Sequence record: MH159197.1 | Strand: one strand, 5' to 3' | DNA: 64,000 nt | DNA from: Staphylococcus phage VB_SavM_JYL01 | Shown: piece by piece, positions 34,553 through 45,460 of the stretch | Numbering within the stretch: the first letter of the stretch is position 1 | Layout of the letters: each line of letters opens with the position of its first letter | Translations under genes and position numbers: made by a program | Notes under the pieces: generated by a model | The model's database searches: none | Told to the model about the DNA's origin: nothing | Seen by the model: the letters and a program-made list of their open reading frames with translations, nothing else

Positions 34553-37500
34553 ATGATGGCAATGAATGACGATTATAGATTGGTCTTATCCGGTGATAGT
34601 TCGGATTTAGAGAATAGTCTGAAGGCAATAGAACTTTATATGGATTCCCTAGAATCTAAAAATATTGATGCCCCTTTAGACAATTTCTTAAAGAAATTAA
34701 AAGTAATTGCTAAAGAAGTTAAAAATGTACAGAACTCAATGGATAAACAAGAAGGTAAATCTGTCATATCTTCTAAAGATATGGATGAATCTATTAAATC
34801 CACTCAATCTGCTACAAAGAATATAAATGAATTAAAGAAAGCCTTAGATGACCTTCAAAAAGAAAATATATCTAAAGGTATTGCACCTGACCCTGAAGTT
34901 GAAAAAGCATATGCTAAGATGGGTAAAGTTGTAGATGAAACTCAAGAAAAACTTGAGAAAATGTCTTCACAAAAAATAGGCTCAGACGCTAGTATACAAA
35001 ATAGAATTAAGGAAATGAAAACCTTAAATCAAGTAACAGAAGAATATAATAAGATAAGTAAAGATTCTAGTGCTACTAAAGACTATACTAAACGTTTAAG
35101 AGCTAATCGTAATATGACTAGAGGGTATATGGAGCGTTCAGAAGGAACAGGACGTTTAACATATGACCAAGGGGCACGAGTTAGAAGTGAACTAGGTAAG
35201 ATAGGTTCTTATGAAAGTCAAAGAAAACAAAATCAACGCAACTTAGGTCAAGCAAGAGAACAATATAGTAATTATAGAAACCAACAACAAGACCTGACTA
35301 AACGTAGAGCTAGTGGTCAAATAAATAAAGCTCAGTATGAACAAGAATTAGCTTCTATTAAGCAGGAAATGAAAGCTAGAGAAGAACTTATATCTAACTA
35401 TGAGAAATTAGGAGCAGAGCTTGATAAAACTGTTCAATACTATAAAGGTTCAGTTCAGAAAGATTTCCAATCTAGAGATGTAGACCAACAACGAGGAACA
35501 TTTGGTAGAATGGTTCAAGAGCGTTTACCATCTATCGGTTCTCATGCTATGATGGGAACTACAGCTATGGCTACGGGTTTATACATGAAAGGTGCTTCAT
35601 TAAGTGAAACTAATAGACCAATGGTTACATCACTAGGTCAAAACTCAGATAATATGGATATAGATTCTGTAAGAAATGCATATGGAGACTTGTCAATTGA
35701 TAACAAATTAGGTTATAATAGTACTGACATGTTGAAAATGGCTACTTCATATGAAGCATCTGTAGGACATAAAAGTGATGAGGATACAATGGCAGGAACT
35801 AAACAACTTGCTATTGGAGGACGTTCTTTAGGTATTAAAGACCAAGAAGCTTATCAAGAGTCTATGGGTCAGATAATGCATACTGGTGGAGTAAATTCCG
35901 ATAACATGAAGGAGATGCAAGATGCATTCCTAGGCGGGATTAAACAATCAGGTATGGTTGGTCGTCAAGATGAACAACTTAAAGCATTAGGTTCTATAGC
36001 TGAACAATCAGGAGAAGGAAGAACTTTAACTAAAGACCAAATGAGTAATCTTACTGCTATGCAATCTACTTTTGCAGAGTCAGGAAGTAAAGGATTACAA
36101 GGTGAACAAGGTGCCAATGCTATTAATAGTATAGACCAAGGACTTAAAAATGGTATGAATAGTTCTTATGCTCGTATAGCAATGGGATGGGGAACACAGT
36201 ACCAAGGTCTTGAAGGTGGATATGATTTACAAAAACGTATGGATGAAGGTATATCTAACCCTGAAAACTTGACAGACATGGCTGATATGGCTACTCAAAT
36301 GGGTGGTAGTGAAAAAGAACAAAAATACCTATTCAATAGAAGTATGAAAGAAATAGGTGCTAACTTAACTATGGAGCAATCTGATGAGATATTTAAAGAT
36401 GCTCAATCCGGAAAATTATCTAAAGAAGAGTTAGCTAAAAAAGCTAAGAAAATGGAAAAAGAAGGTAAAAAAGAAGGAGAAGATAACGCCACTGATTATA
36501 AAGAATCTAAATCAGGAAAAAATGACCAAAATAAATCTAAGACTGATGATAAGGCAGAAGATACTTATGATATGGCTCAACCATTAAGAGATGCTCATAG
36601 TGCTTTAGCAGGGCTACCTGCTCCTATATATTTAGCAATAGGAGCTATTGGAGCATTTACAGCATCACTAATTGCATCTGCAAGTCAATTTGGGGCAGGT
36701 CATTTAATAGGTAAAGGAGCTAAAGGACTTAGAAATAAATTTGGCAGAAATAAGGGTGGTAGCTCCGGAGGTAACCCTATGGCAGGAGGAATGCCTACTG
36801 GAGGAGGTTCACCTAAAGGCGGAGGCTCTCCTAAAGGTGGCGGTACTCGTTCTACTGGAGGTAAAATACTTGATAGTGCTAAAGGATTAGGAGGATTCCT
36901 AGTCGGTGGAGCAGGATGGAAAGGTATGTTTGGTGGAGAATCTAAAGGTAAAGGATTTAAACAAACATCTAAAGAAGCCTGGTCAGGTACTAGAAAAGTA
37001 TTTAACAGAGACAATGGTAGAAAAGCCATGGATAAATCTAAAGATATAGCTAAAGGTACTGGTAGCGGTCTTAAAGATATTTATAATGATAGTATATTTG
37101 GAAAAGAAAGAAGACAAAATCTAGGAGATAAAGCTAAAGGTTTTGGTGGAAAAGCTAAAGGTCTCTATGGTAAATTTGCTGATAAGTTTGGTGATGGTGG
37201 TAAAAATGGTATCCTTTCACAATCACCAAAAGCAGGCGGTAGCGGGCTAGGAAAACTAGGAAAACTTGCAGGTGGACTTGGAAAAGGAGCCGGAGTTTTA
37301 GGTGTTGCTACATCTGCCTTATCATTGATACCTGCTTTAGCTTCCGGTGATAGTAAAGCTATCGGCGGAGGTATAGGCTCTATGGGCGGAGGAATGGCAG
37401 GTGCATCAGCAGGAGCTTCTATTGGAGCTTTATTTGGTGGTGTAGGTGCAATACCTGGAGCTTTAATAGGCGGAGCTATAGGTTCTTTTGGTGGAGGAGC

Positions 37501-38611
37501 TGTTGGTGAAAAAGTCGGAGACATGGCTAAGAAGGCTAACACTAAAGAAGGATGGAACCTAGGATGGACTAATGGAGATAAAGACGGTAAGAATAAATTC
37601 CAAGATTCTTTATTAGGAAAACCTATATCTAAAGCATGGAGCGGTATAACAGGTCTCTTTGATAATGACGCTGAAGCATCTGAAGAAGATAGCAAAGATA
37701 AGAAAAAAGGCGTTAAAGGTGTTAAAGGAGATACTAAGAAGAAAGAAAAAATGACAGCAGAACAACTTAGAGAAAAGAATAACCAATCTGAAACTAAGAA
37801 TCTTAAAATCTATAGTGATTTACTTGATAGGGCTCAGAAAATTATTGAGAGTGCTAAAGGTATTAATATAGATGGAGGAACTTCTGATAGTGGTTCTGAT
37901 AGCGGAGGCTCTGCATCTGATGTAGGTGGAGAAGGCGCAGAGAAAATGTATAAGTTCCTTAAAGGAAAAGGACTATCTGACAATCAGGTAGGAGCTGTTA
38001 TGGGGAACTTACAACAAGAATCTAATCTTGACCCTAATGCTAAGAATGCCTCTAGTGGTGCATTTGGTATTGCTCAGTGGTTAGGGGCTAGAAAAACAGG
38101 ATTAGAAAACTTTGCTAAATCTAAAGGTAAAAAATCTAGTGACATGGATGTTCAATTAGATTACCTATGGAAAGAGATGCAGTCTGATTATGAAAGTAAT
38201 AATCTTAAAAATGCCGGATGGAGTAAAGGCGGAAGCTTAGAACAGAATACAAAAGCATTTGCTACCGGATTTGAACGTATGGGAGCAAACGAGGCTATGA
38301 TGGGTACTCGTGTTAACAATGCTAAAGAATTCAAGAAGAAATACGGAGGCTCCGGTGGCGGAGGAGGTGGAGGAGCTCTATCCTCTACTTACCAAGAAGC
38401 TATGAGTAACCCTGTATTAACTACTGGTTCTAACTATAAAGGCTCTAATGATGCTTCTAATGCTTCTACAACTAATAGAATAACAGTTAATGTTAACGTT
38501 CAAGGTGGAAATAATCCTGAAGAAACTGGAGACATTATCGGAGGAAGAATTAGAGAAGTTCTAGACAGCAACATGGATATTTTTGCAAATGAACATAAGA
38601 GAAGTTACTAG
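34553..38611 (+). CDS. tail tape-measure protein with Gly-rich linker and C-terminal lysozyme-like (lytic transglycosylase) domain
   Basis: 1352 aa. Gly-rich blocks GGSPKGGGSPKGGG and GGGGGGG. C-terminal LQQESNLDPNAKNASSGAFGIAQW resembles phage tail lysozyme / SLT motifs. Confidence 0.85.
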   Translation: MMAMNDDYRLVLSGDSSDLENSLKAIELYMDSLESKNIDAPLDNFLKKLKVIAKEVKNVQNSMDKQEGKSVISSKDMDESIKSTQSATKNINELKKALDDLQKENISKGIAPDPEVEKAYAKMGKVVDETQEKLEKMSSQKIGSDASIQNRIKEMKTLNQVTEEYNKISKDSSATKDYTKRLRANRNMTRGYMERSEGTGRLTYDQGARVRSELGKIGSYESQRKQNQRNLGQAREQYSNYRNQQQDLTKRRASGQINKAQYEQELASIKQEMKAREELISNYEKLGAELDKTVQYYKGSVQKDFQSRDVDQQRGTFGRMVQERLPSIGSHAMMGTTAMATGLYMKGASLSETNRPMVTSLGQNSDNMDIDSVRNAYGDLSIDNKLGYNSTDMLKMATSYEASVGHKSDEDTMAGTKQLAIGGRSLGIKDQEAYQESMGQIMHTGGVNSDNMKEMQDAFLGGIKQSGMVGRQDEQLKALGSIAEQSGEGRTLTKDQMSNLTAMQSTFAESGSKGLQGEQGANAINSIDQGLKNGMNSSYARIAMGWGTQYQGLEGGYDLQKRMDEGISNPENLTDMADMATQMGGSEKEQKYLFNRSMKEIGANLTMEQSDEIFKDAQSGKLSKEELAKKAKKMEKEGKKEGEDNATDYKESKSGKNDQNKSKTDDKAEDTYDMAQPLRDAHSALAGLPAPIYLAIGAIGAFTASLIASASQFGAGHLIGKGAKGLRNKFGRNKGGSSGGNPMAGGMPTGGGSPKGGGSPKGGGTRSTGGKILDSAKGLGGFLVGGAGWKGMFGGESKGKGFKQTSKEAWSGTRKVFNRDNGRKAMDKSKDIAKGTGSGLKDIYNDSIFGKERRQNLGDKAKGFGGKAKGLYGKFADKFGDGGKNGILSQSPKAGGSGLGKLGKLAGGLGKGAGVLGVATSALSLIPALASGDSKAIGGGIGSMGGGMAGASAGASIGALFGGVGAIPGALIGGAIGSFGGGAVGEKVGDMAKKANTKEGWNLGWTNGDKDGKNKFQDSLLGKPISKAWSGITGLFDNDAEASEEDSKDKKKGVKGVKGDTKKKEKMTAEQLREKNNQSETKNLKIYSDLLDRAQKIIESAKGINIDGGTSDSGSDSGGSASDVGGEGAEKMYKFLKGKGLSDNQVGAVMGNLQQESNLDPNAKNASSGAFGIAQWLGARKTGLENFAKSKGKKSSDMDVQLDYLWKEMQSDYESNNLKNAGWSKGGSLEQNTKAFATGFERMGANEAMMGTRVNNAKEFKKKYGGSGGGGGGGALSSTYQEAMSNPVLTTGSNYKGSNDASNASTTNRITVNVNVQGGNNPEETGDIIGGRIREVLDSNMDIFANEHKRSY

Positions 38612-38621
38612 TAATTTTGTA

Positions 38622-38650
38622 TTGACACAAGAGTAGTATCATAGTATACT
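38622..38650 (+). promoter_or_regulatory. promoter TTGACA-17-TATACT overlapped by a 10-bp inverted repeat (38630-38655)
   Basis: Arms agagtagtat and atactactct, 6-nt loop, spanning the spacer and -10 box. Confidence 0.5.
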
Positions 38651-38682
38651 ACTCTTATACATATAAAAATAAAAGGAAGTAT

Positions 38683-41115
38683 GTGTATATGAAAAGATTA
38701 AGAAGACCTAAGGTAAGAATAGAGATAGTTACAGATGATAATACATTTACATTAAGATTTGAAGATACACGTGACTACAATGGTGATGAGTTCGGAGCTA
38801 AACTTTTAGGTTTCCAAACTAAAAACTCTATGGAAGATGATAGTTCTGTATTCCAAATCAATATGGCAGGAGATACTTACTGGGATAAGTTAGTTATGGC
38901 TAACGATATAATCAGAATATTTATTACACCTAATGATGACCCTAATGATAAAGAAGGTCGTCAAGAACGTTTAATCCAAGTAGGTATGGTATCACAAGTA
39001 TCAAAAGTAGGTAGTTATGGTAATGACCAAACTCAATTTAGGATAACAGGTCAATCTTTTGTAAAACCTTTTATGAAATTTGGATTAGGAGTTATTCAGG
39101 AAGTTCAAGCTGTATTACCTGAAGTAGGTTGGCTTATTGATGGTGACGGAGATAATGAAGTAAAATTTACTGGTAGCTCAGCCCATGAAGTAATGACAGG
39201 AATTATACGTAGATTCATACCATATATGAAGTATAACTATACTGAAAAAACATATAATACAATTGATAACTATCTTGATTATGATGATTTAAGTAGTTGG
39301 GATGAATTTGAAAATTTGACAGAAGTATCTGCTTTTACTAATTTTGATGGCTCATTAAAACAGTTGATGGATATGGTAACAGCTAGACCCTTTAATGAAT
39401 TGTTCTTCAAAAACTCTGAAAAAACACCTGGTAAAGCACAACTTGTATTAAGAAAAACCCCTTTTAATCCTACTGAGTGGAGAGCTTTAGATATGATTAA
39501 AGTACCTACTGAAGACTTTATTGAAGAAGATGTAGGTAAAAGTGACGTAGAGACATATTCTATATTTACAGCTACACCTGCAGGTATGTTAAAAGAACTT
39601 AATGGTGATGTATTTTCTAAACCACAATTTCACCCTGAATTGACTGATAGATATGGGTATACTAAATTTGAAGTAGAAAATATCTATCTTAGTACTAAAT
39701 CAGGTTCAGCTACTGAAGACTCAGATTCTTCGGGTGATGACAATGGTACTGAAAGAGGAACTTACTCTAAAATTATGAAAGATTTAAGTAACTATGGAAG
39801 AGATAATATATCTAAAGGTATAGATAAGTATACAAGTAAATTATCTTCAAAATATAAAAACTTAAAAAAAGCTCAAGCTAAAAAAATTATAGAGAAATTT
39901 GTCAAAGAAGGAAAAGTAACAGAAAAAGAATACGAGAAGATAACAGGTAATAAAGTAGATGATGAATTAACATCAGATAACAGACCGAAGTTGACAAAGG
40001 ATAAATTAAAGAGTATACTAAAAGAGAAGTTTAAAACACAAGATGATTTTAATAACTCTAAGAAAAAGAAAAAAGCTAAGACAGATGCACTTAAAGAATT
40101 GACAACTAAATATCGTTTCGGTAACAAAACACACGCTACAACTTTGTTAGATGAATATATTAAATACAAAGGAGAACCACCGAATGATGAAGCTTTTGAT
40201 AAATATCTTAAAGCTATTGAAGGTGTTAGTAACGTAGCTACAGACACAGGTTCAGATGCAAGTGATAGTCCTTTAGTTATGTTCTCTAGAATGCTATTTA
40301 ATTGGTATCATGGGAACCCTAACTTCTACGCAGGAGATATTATTGTTTTAGGAGACCCTAAGTATGACCTAGGTAAAAGGTTATTTATTGAGGATAAACA
40401 ACGGGGAGATACTTGGGAATTCTATATTGAGTCTGTAGAACATAAATTTGATTATAAACAAGGTTATTATACAACTGTAGGAGTAACTAGAGGTTTAAAA
40501 GATGCTATCCTAGAAGATGGTAAGGGTAGTCCTCATAGGTTTGCAGGTTTATGGAATCAATCATCAGACTTCATGGGAGGTCTTATGGGTGAAGATACTT
40601 CTAAAGAACTCAAAGAAAAAGGTGTAGCAGAGAAGAAAAGTAGTGGAGATAAAGACGGTGGCTCTGATAGTGGTGGAGCACAAGATGGAGGTTCTCTAGA
40701 TTCACTTAAAAAATATAATGGTAAACTTCCTAAACATGACCCAAGTTTCGTTCAGCCCGGTAACCGACATTACAAGTATCAATGTACTTGGTATGCTTAT
40801 AATAGAAGAGGTCAATTAGGCATTCCTGTGCCTTTATGGGGGGATGCCGCCGACTGGATTGGTGGTGCTAAAAGTGCAGGATATGGAGTAGGTAAGACAC
40901 CAAAACAAGGTGCCTGTGTTATTTGGCAACGAGGAGACAAAGGTGGTTCTAATGCTTATGGTCACGTTGCCTTTGTGGAAAAAGTTTTAGATGGTGGGAA
41001 GAAAATATTCATTTCTGAACATAACTGGGCTACGCCTAATGGTTATGGTACTAGAACAATAGACATGAGCTCTCAAATAGGTAAAGAAGCTCAATTCATT
41101 TACGATAAGAAATAA
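38683..41115 (+). CDS. tail-associated peptidoglycan hydrolase with C-terminal CHAP domain
   Basis: 810 aa. The C-terminal QCTWYAYNRRGQLG...GHVAFVEKV is a CHAP Cys/His signature. Confidence 0.8.
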   Translation: MYMKRLRRPKVRIEIVTDDNTFTLRFEDTRDYNGDEFGAKLLGFQTKNSMEDDSSVFQINMAGDTYWDKLVMANDIIRIFITPNDDPNDKEGRQERLIQVGMVSQVSKVGSYGNDQTQFRITGQSFVKPFMKFGLGVIQEVQAVLPEVGWLIDGDGDNEVKFTGSSAHEVMTGIIRRFIPYMKYNYTEKTYNTIDNYLDYDDLSSWDEFENLTEVSAFTNFDGSLKQLMDMVTARPFNELFFKNSEKTPGKAQLVLRKTPFNPTEWRALDMIKVPTEDFIEEDVGKSDVETYSIFTATPAGMLKELNGDVFSKPQFHPELTDRYGYTKFEVENIYLSTKSGSATEDSDSSGDDNGTERGTYSKIMKDLSNYGRDNISKGIDKYTSKLSSKYKNLKKAQAKKIIEKFVKEGKVTEKEYEKITGNKVDDELTSDNRPKLTKDKLKSILKEKFKTQDDFNNSKKKKKAKTDALKELTTKYRFGNKTHATTLLDEYIKYKGEPPNDEAFDKYLKAIEGVSNVATDTGSDASDSPLVMFSRMLFNWYHGNPNFYAGDIIVLGDPKYDLGKRLFIEDKQRGDTWEFYIESVEHKFDYKQGYYTTVGVTRGLKDAILEDGKGSPHRFAGLWNQSSDFMGGLMGEDTSKELKEKGVAEKKSSGDKDGGSDSGGAQDGGSLDSLKKYNGKLPKHDPSFVQPGNRHYKYQCTWYAYNRRGQLGIPVPLWGDAADWIGGAKSAGYGVGKTPKQGACVIWQRGDKGGSNAYGHVAFVEKVLDGGKKIFISEHNWATPNGYGTRTIDMSSQIGKEAQFIYDKK

Positions 41116-41128
41116 AGGAGGATAGTCT

Positions 41129-42016
41129 ATGGCAACAGATAAAGAAGCTAAAGATGTTATTGATAAATTTATAGATAATGTGTTTAATTTTGATGTATTA
41201 ACTACGGAAAGAGTTAAAGAAAAAGATGAAGAAATCAAAAAAATAACTACAGATGATATGTATGAAAAAGTTGTGTATATACGACCTTATGTTGGAGTAA
41301 TACAAAGTCTTAACCCTCAACATGTACAATATGAATCATTTTCTAATAATGGTTACGATATAGAAGCAGAATTAAGTTTTAGGAAAGTAAGTTATTTAGT
41401 TGATAAAGGGTCTATACCTACAGATTCTTTATCCACTTTAACAGTTCACTTAGTAGAAAGAAATCAGGAGTTATTAATAGATTACTTTGATGAGATACAA
41501 GATGTGTTGTATGGGGAGTATATGGAAGAAGAATATGTATTTGATGAAGATGTACCATTAAGTACTATACTAGCATTAGACTTAAATGATAATCTTAAAT
41601 CCTTATCAAATATAAAGTATATGTTCAAAGGAGCCCCTAAAGATAATCCTTTTGGAACAGATAAAGATGTTTATATAGATACTTATAATTTATTATATTG
41701 GTTGTATTTAGGTGAAGATGAAGAATTAGCATATCCTATGAATATTAACTATTTCTTTACAGAAGGTAGATTTTTTACTGTTTTTGGTAAAGGTCATAAG
41801 TATAAAGTAGATGTTAGTAAATTTATAGTTGGAGATATATTATTCTTTGGTAGAAGTGATACTAATATAGGTATTTATGTAGGTGATGGAGAGTTTATAT
41901 CTATGATAGGTAAATTTCCAAAAGATGAGACACCTATAGGAAAATACAAACTTGATGATTACTGGAATGAATTTAACGGAAGAGTTATGAGATTCGATGA
42001 AGAGGTGTATATTTAA
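41129..42016 (+). CDS. tail/baseplate protein with NlpC/P60-like C-terminal motif
   Basis: GDILFFGRSDTNIGIYVGDGEFISM resembles the NlpC/P60 GDLxFF...HVGIYxGNG block. The catalytic Cys could not be placed. Confidence 0.5.
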   Translation: MATDKEAKDVIDKFIDNVFNFDVLTTERVKEKDEEIKKITTDDMYEKVVYIRPYVGVIQSLNPQHVQYESFSNNGYDIEAELSFRKVSYLVDKGSIPTDSLSTLTVHLVERNQELLIDYFDEIQDVLYGEYMEEEYVFDEDVPLSTILALDLNDNLKSLSNIKYMFKGAPKDNPFGTDKDVYIDTYNLLYWLYLGEDEELAYPMNINYFFTEGRFFTVFGKGHKYKVDVSKFIVGDILFFGRSDTNIGIYVGDGEFISMIGKFPKDETPIGKYKLDDYWNEFNGRVMRFDEEVYI

Positions 42017-44562
42017 TGGTAGTAAGATTCCAATCTTCCATGGGGAGAAGTCTAAAAAGAGTAGATTCAGATGACTTAAATGTAAAAGGGTTAGTTTTAG
42101 CTACAGTTAGTAAAATTAATTATAAGTATCAATCAGTAGAAGTTAAAGTTAATAACTTGACTTTAGGAAGCCGTATAGGTGATGATGGTAGCTTAGCTGT
42201 ACCTTATCCTAAATCTTTCATAGGTAGAACACCTGAGGGAAGCGTATTCGGTACAAAACCACTTATTACTGAAGGTTCTGTAGTATTAATAGGGTTCCTA
42301 AATGATGATATAAATAGTCCTATAATCTTGAGTGTTTATGGTGATAATGAACAAAATAAAATGATTAATACTAACCCCTTAGATGGAGGTAAGTTTGATA
42401 CAGAAAGTGTTTACAAATACAGTAGTTCACTATATGAAATTTTACCATCTTTAAATTATAAATATGATGATGGAGAAGGGACAAGTATTAGAACTTATAA
42501 TGGTAAATCATTCTTCTCTATGACATCAGGTGAAGAAGAGAAACCGCAGGCAACAGATTTTTATACTGGAACTGAGTATCAAGATTTATTTACTTCCTAT
42601 TATGGTAATAAAACATTGATTGAACCTAGAATACAAAAGGCTCCTAATATGTTATTCAAACATCAAGGAGTTTTTTATGATGATGGCACGCCGGATAATC
42701 ACATAACTACTTTATTTATATCTGAAAGAGGAGATATCAGAGCTTCAGTTTTAAATACAGAAACACAGAAAAGAACTACACAAGAAATGTCAAGTGATGG
42801 TTCTTATAGGGTTATTAAACAGGATGACGATTTAATGTTGGATGAGGCTCAAGTTTGGATTGAATATGGTATTAGTGAAGATAATAAATTTTATATTAAA
42901 AATGATAAGCATAAATTTGAATTTACTGATGAAGGAATTTATATAGACGATAAGCCTATGCTAGAAAATTTAGATGAGAGTATAGCAGAGGCTATGAAGA
43001 ATTTAAATGAAATACAAAAAGAACTAGATGATATAAACTATCTTCTTGAGGGTGTAGGTAAGGATAATTTAGAAGAACTAATAGAATCCACAAAAGAGTC
43101 TATAGAAGCGTCTAAAAAAGCAACTTCAGATGTTAATAGACTTACAACTCAGATATCAGAGGTTAGTGGTAGAACTGAGGGTATTATAACTCAATTCCAA
43201 AAATTTAGAGATGAGACTTTTAAAGACTTTTATGAAGATGCTTCTACTGTTATTAATGAAGTAAATCAGAATTTCCCTAGTATGAAAACAGATGTTAATA
43301 ATCTAAAAACTAAAGTTAATAACTTAGAGAAAACTGAGATACCAAATATCAAAAATAGGTTAACAGAACTAGAGAATAATAATAACAATGCAGATAAAAT
43401 AATTTCAGATAGAGGAGAGCATATAGGTGCTATGATACAGTTAGAGGAAAATGTTACTGTACCAATGAGAAAATATATGCCAATACCTTGGAGTAAAGTT
43501 ACTTATAATAATGCTGAGTTTTGGGATTCTAATAACCCTACTAGATTAGTAGTACCTAAGGGAATAACAAAAGTAAGAGTTGCAGGTAATGTCCTATGGG
43601 ATTCTAACGCTACAGGACAACGTATGTTGAGAATATTGAAAAATGGTACTTATAGTTTAGGGTTACCTTATACAAGGGATGTAGCTATATCTACCGCACC
43701 TCAGAATGGTACTAGTGGAGTTATTCCTGTTAAAGAAGGAGACTACTTTGAGTTTGAGGCTTTTCAAGATTCAGAAGGTGACAGACAATTCAGAGCAGAC
43801 CCTTATACATGGTTTAGTATTGAAGCTATAGAATTAGAAACTGAAACCATGGAGAAAGACTTTATGCTTATAGGTCATAGGGGAGCAACTGGATATACAG
43901 ATGAACATACAATAAAAGGGTATCAAATGGCTTTAGATAAAGGTGCAGATTATATAGAATTGGATTTACAATTAACAAAAGATAATAAGTTATTGTGTAT
44001 GCATGATTCTACTATAGATAGAACAACAACAGGAACAGGTAAGGTAGGGGATATGACTTTATCTTATATACAAACTAACTTTACATCTCTTAATGGTGAG
44101 CCTATACCATCTCTTGATGATGTATTAAATCATTTTGGAACAAAAGTTAAATACTATATAGAAACTAAACGTCCTTTTGATGCTAATATGGATAAAGAAT
44201 TATTAACTCAGTTAAAATCAAAAGGATTAATAGGAATTGGTTCAGAAAGATTCCAAGTAATTATTCAATCATTTGCTAGGGAATCATTAATTAATATTCA
44301 TAACCAATTTTCTAATATACCTTTAGCTTATTTAACAAGTACATTCTCTGAAAGTGAAATGGATGATTGTTTAAGTTATGGTTCTTATGCTATTGCTCCT
44401 AAATATACAACGATAACTAAAGAGTTAGTAGATTTAGCGCATAGCAAAGGGCTTAAAGTACATGCATGGACGGTAAATACAAAAGAAGAAATGCAAAGTT
44501 TAATACAAATGGGTGTAGATGGATTCTTTACAAATTACCTAGATGAATATAAAAAGATTTAA
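42016..44562 (+). CDS. tail/baseplate protein with C-terminal glycerophosphodiester phosphodiesterase (GDPD) domain
   Basis: 848 aa. FMLIGHRGATGYTDEHTIKGYQMALDKGADYIELDLQLTKDNKLLCMHDSTIDRTT carries the GDPD HR(G)...E.D..H.D motif. Confidence 0.85.
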   Translation: MVVRFQSSMGRSLKRVDSDDLNVKGLVLATVSKINYKYQSVEVKVNNLTLGSRIGDDGSLAVPYPKSFIGRTPEGSVFGTKPLITEGSVVLIGFLNDDINSPIILSVYGDNEQNKMINTNPLDGGKFDTESVYKYSSSLYEILPSLNYKYDDGEGTSIRTYNGKSFFSMTSGEEEKPQATDFYTGTEYQDLFTSYYGNKTLIEPRIQKAPNMLFKHQGVFYDDGTPDNHITTLFISERGDIRASVLNTETQKRTTQEMSSDGSYRVIKQDDDLMLDEAQVWIEYGISEDNKFYIKNDKHKFEFTDEGIYIDDKPMLENLDESIAEAMKNLNEIQKELDDINYLLEGVGKDNLEELIESTKESIEASKKATSDVNRLTTQISEVSGRTEGIITQFQKFRDETFKDFYEDASTVINEVNQNFPSMKTDVNNLKTKVNNLEKTEIPNIKNRLTELENNNNNADKIISDRGEHIGAMIQLEENVTVPMRKYMPIPWSKVTYNNAEFWDSNNPTRLVVPKGITKVRVAGNVLWDSNATGQRMLRILKNGTYSLGLPYTRDVAISTAPQNGTSGVIPVKEGDYFEFEAFQDSEGDRQFRADPYTWFSIEAIELETETMEKDFMLIGHRGATGYTDEHTIKGYQMALDKGADYIELDLQLTKDNKLLCMHDSTIDRTTTGTGKVGDMTLSYIQTNFTSLNGEPIPSLDDVLNHFGTKVKYYIETKRPFDANMDKELLTQLKSKGLIGIGSERFQVIIQSFARESLINIHNQFSNIPLAYLTSTFSESEMDDCLSYGSYAIAPKYTTITKELVDLAHSKGLKVHAWTVNTKEEMQSLIQMGVDGFFTNYLDEYKKI

Positions 44563-44567
44563 TATTA

Positions 44568-44597
44568 AAGACCTATTAATTTAGGTCTTTTTTTAGT
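44568..44597 (+). terminator. intrinsic terminator after the GDPD gene
   Basis: Hairpin aaagaccta/taggtcttt followed by a T-run. Confidence 0.65.
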
Positions 44598-44668
44598 TGT
44601 AATTTAAACTAGTTCGTGATATATTAGTAGTATGAGATTTATATACATACTGAAAAGGAGAGGATAAA

Positions 44669-45460
44669 ATGCCACAATCAGATGGAATAAGTAATCTTCA
44701 TAGAATAGCTTTACGCTTCCCTAAAGAAGGCGGTGGTTATGATATGTATAGGTTTAAAGTTAATCCTGAGAATTACACAATAGATTCACCACAACGTACG
44801 ACAGCAATTAAAACAAAATCAGATATTGTAATAGAAGATTATGGTAAAGACATAGAAGTTATTAACTTCACAGGTACAACTGGTTTTAGACCTGTTAGAG
44901 AAGCAGATGGATTAAAAACAGGTAAGCAGAAGATGGAAGAGTTACAGAGTAGAGTTAGTGAATATGCTATGCAAGGTGGTAGTGGTAACGTAAGTGGCTC
45001 TTATTTACAATTTTTTAACTTTACAGATGATAGCTACTATAAAGTTCATTTAGCCCCTCAAGGGTTAAAGGTAACTAGGTCTAAGGATGAACCGTTACTT
45101 TTTAGATATGAAATAACATTAGTAGTCATCGGTTCATTAACAGAAGCAGATAGAAGTGCTGTAACAACAGAAGAGTTTGGTAATGTTAAACCTAACGCTT
45201 CTCAAAGAGTAGATGAAGGCATAAAAGAACTAGATAAAAATGCTCGTAAAACGAGAGATAGAAATAACCAAGAAATATCTAGAAGAGAAAATACAATACC
45301 TAAATCTACAGGAGATAATACAAACGAGGGTAATAGGTTAAAGCAAAGTTTCCCTAGTAGTTCTATATATAATCCTAGACAATCTACTAATGGATTAAAA
45401 GGTAATATTGACAATATGGCTTTAATAATCGGTTATGGTGATGGAGGTGTATCTAGCTAA
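44669..45460 (+). CDS. baseplate protein (263 aa)
   Basis: Position. A late-motif variant TGATATATTA lies at 44617-44626 upstream. Confidence 0.5.
   Translation: MPQSDGISNLHRIALRFPKEGGGYDMYRFKVNPENYTIDSPQRTTAIKTKSDIVIEDYGKDIEVINFTGTTGFRPVREADGLKTGKQKMEELQSRVSEYAMQGGSGNVSGSYLQFFNFTDDSYYKVHLAPQGLKVTRSKDEPLLFRYEITLVVIGSLTEADRSAVTTEEFGNVKPNASQRVDEGIKELDKNARKTRDRNNQEISRRENTIPKSTGDNTNEGNRLKQSFPSSSIYNPRQSTNGLKGNIDNMALIIGYGDGGVSS

Noticed and set aside
36700-37695. Two minus-strand proline-rich ORFs (109 and 176 aa) inside the tape-measure gene
   Set aside because: They are mirror images of the Gly-rich GGN codon runs of the tape-measure protein (NCC on the opposite strand gives Pro). They have no RBS and lie antisense to a high-confidence long gene.
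39873-40247. 124-aa minus ORF inside the tail-lysin gene
   Set aside because: It is an antisense artefact of a Lys-rich coding stretch.
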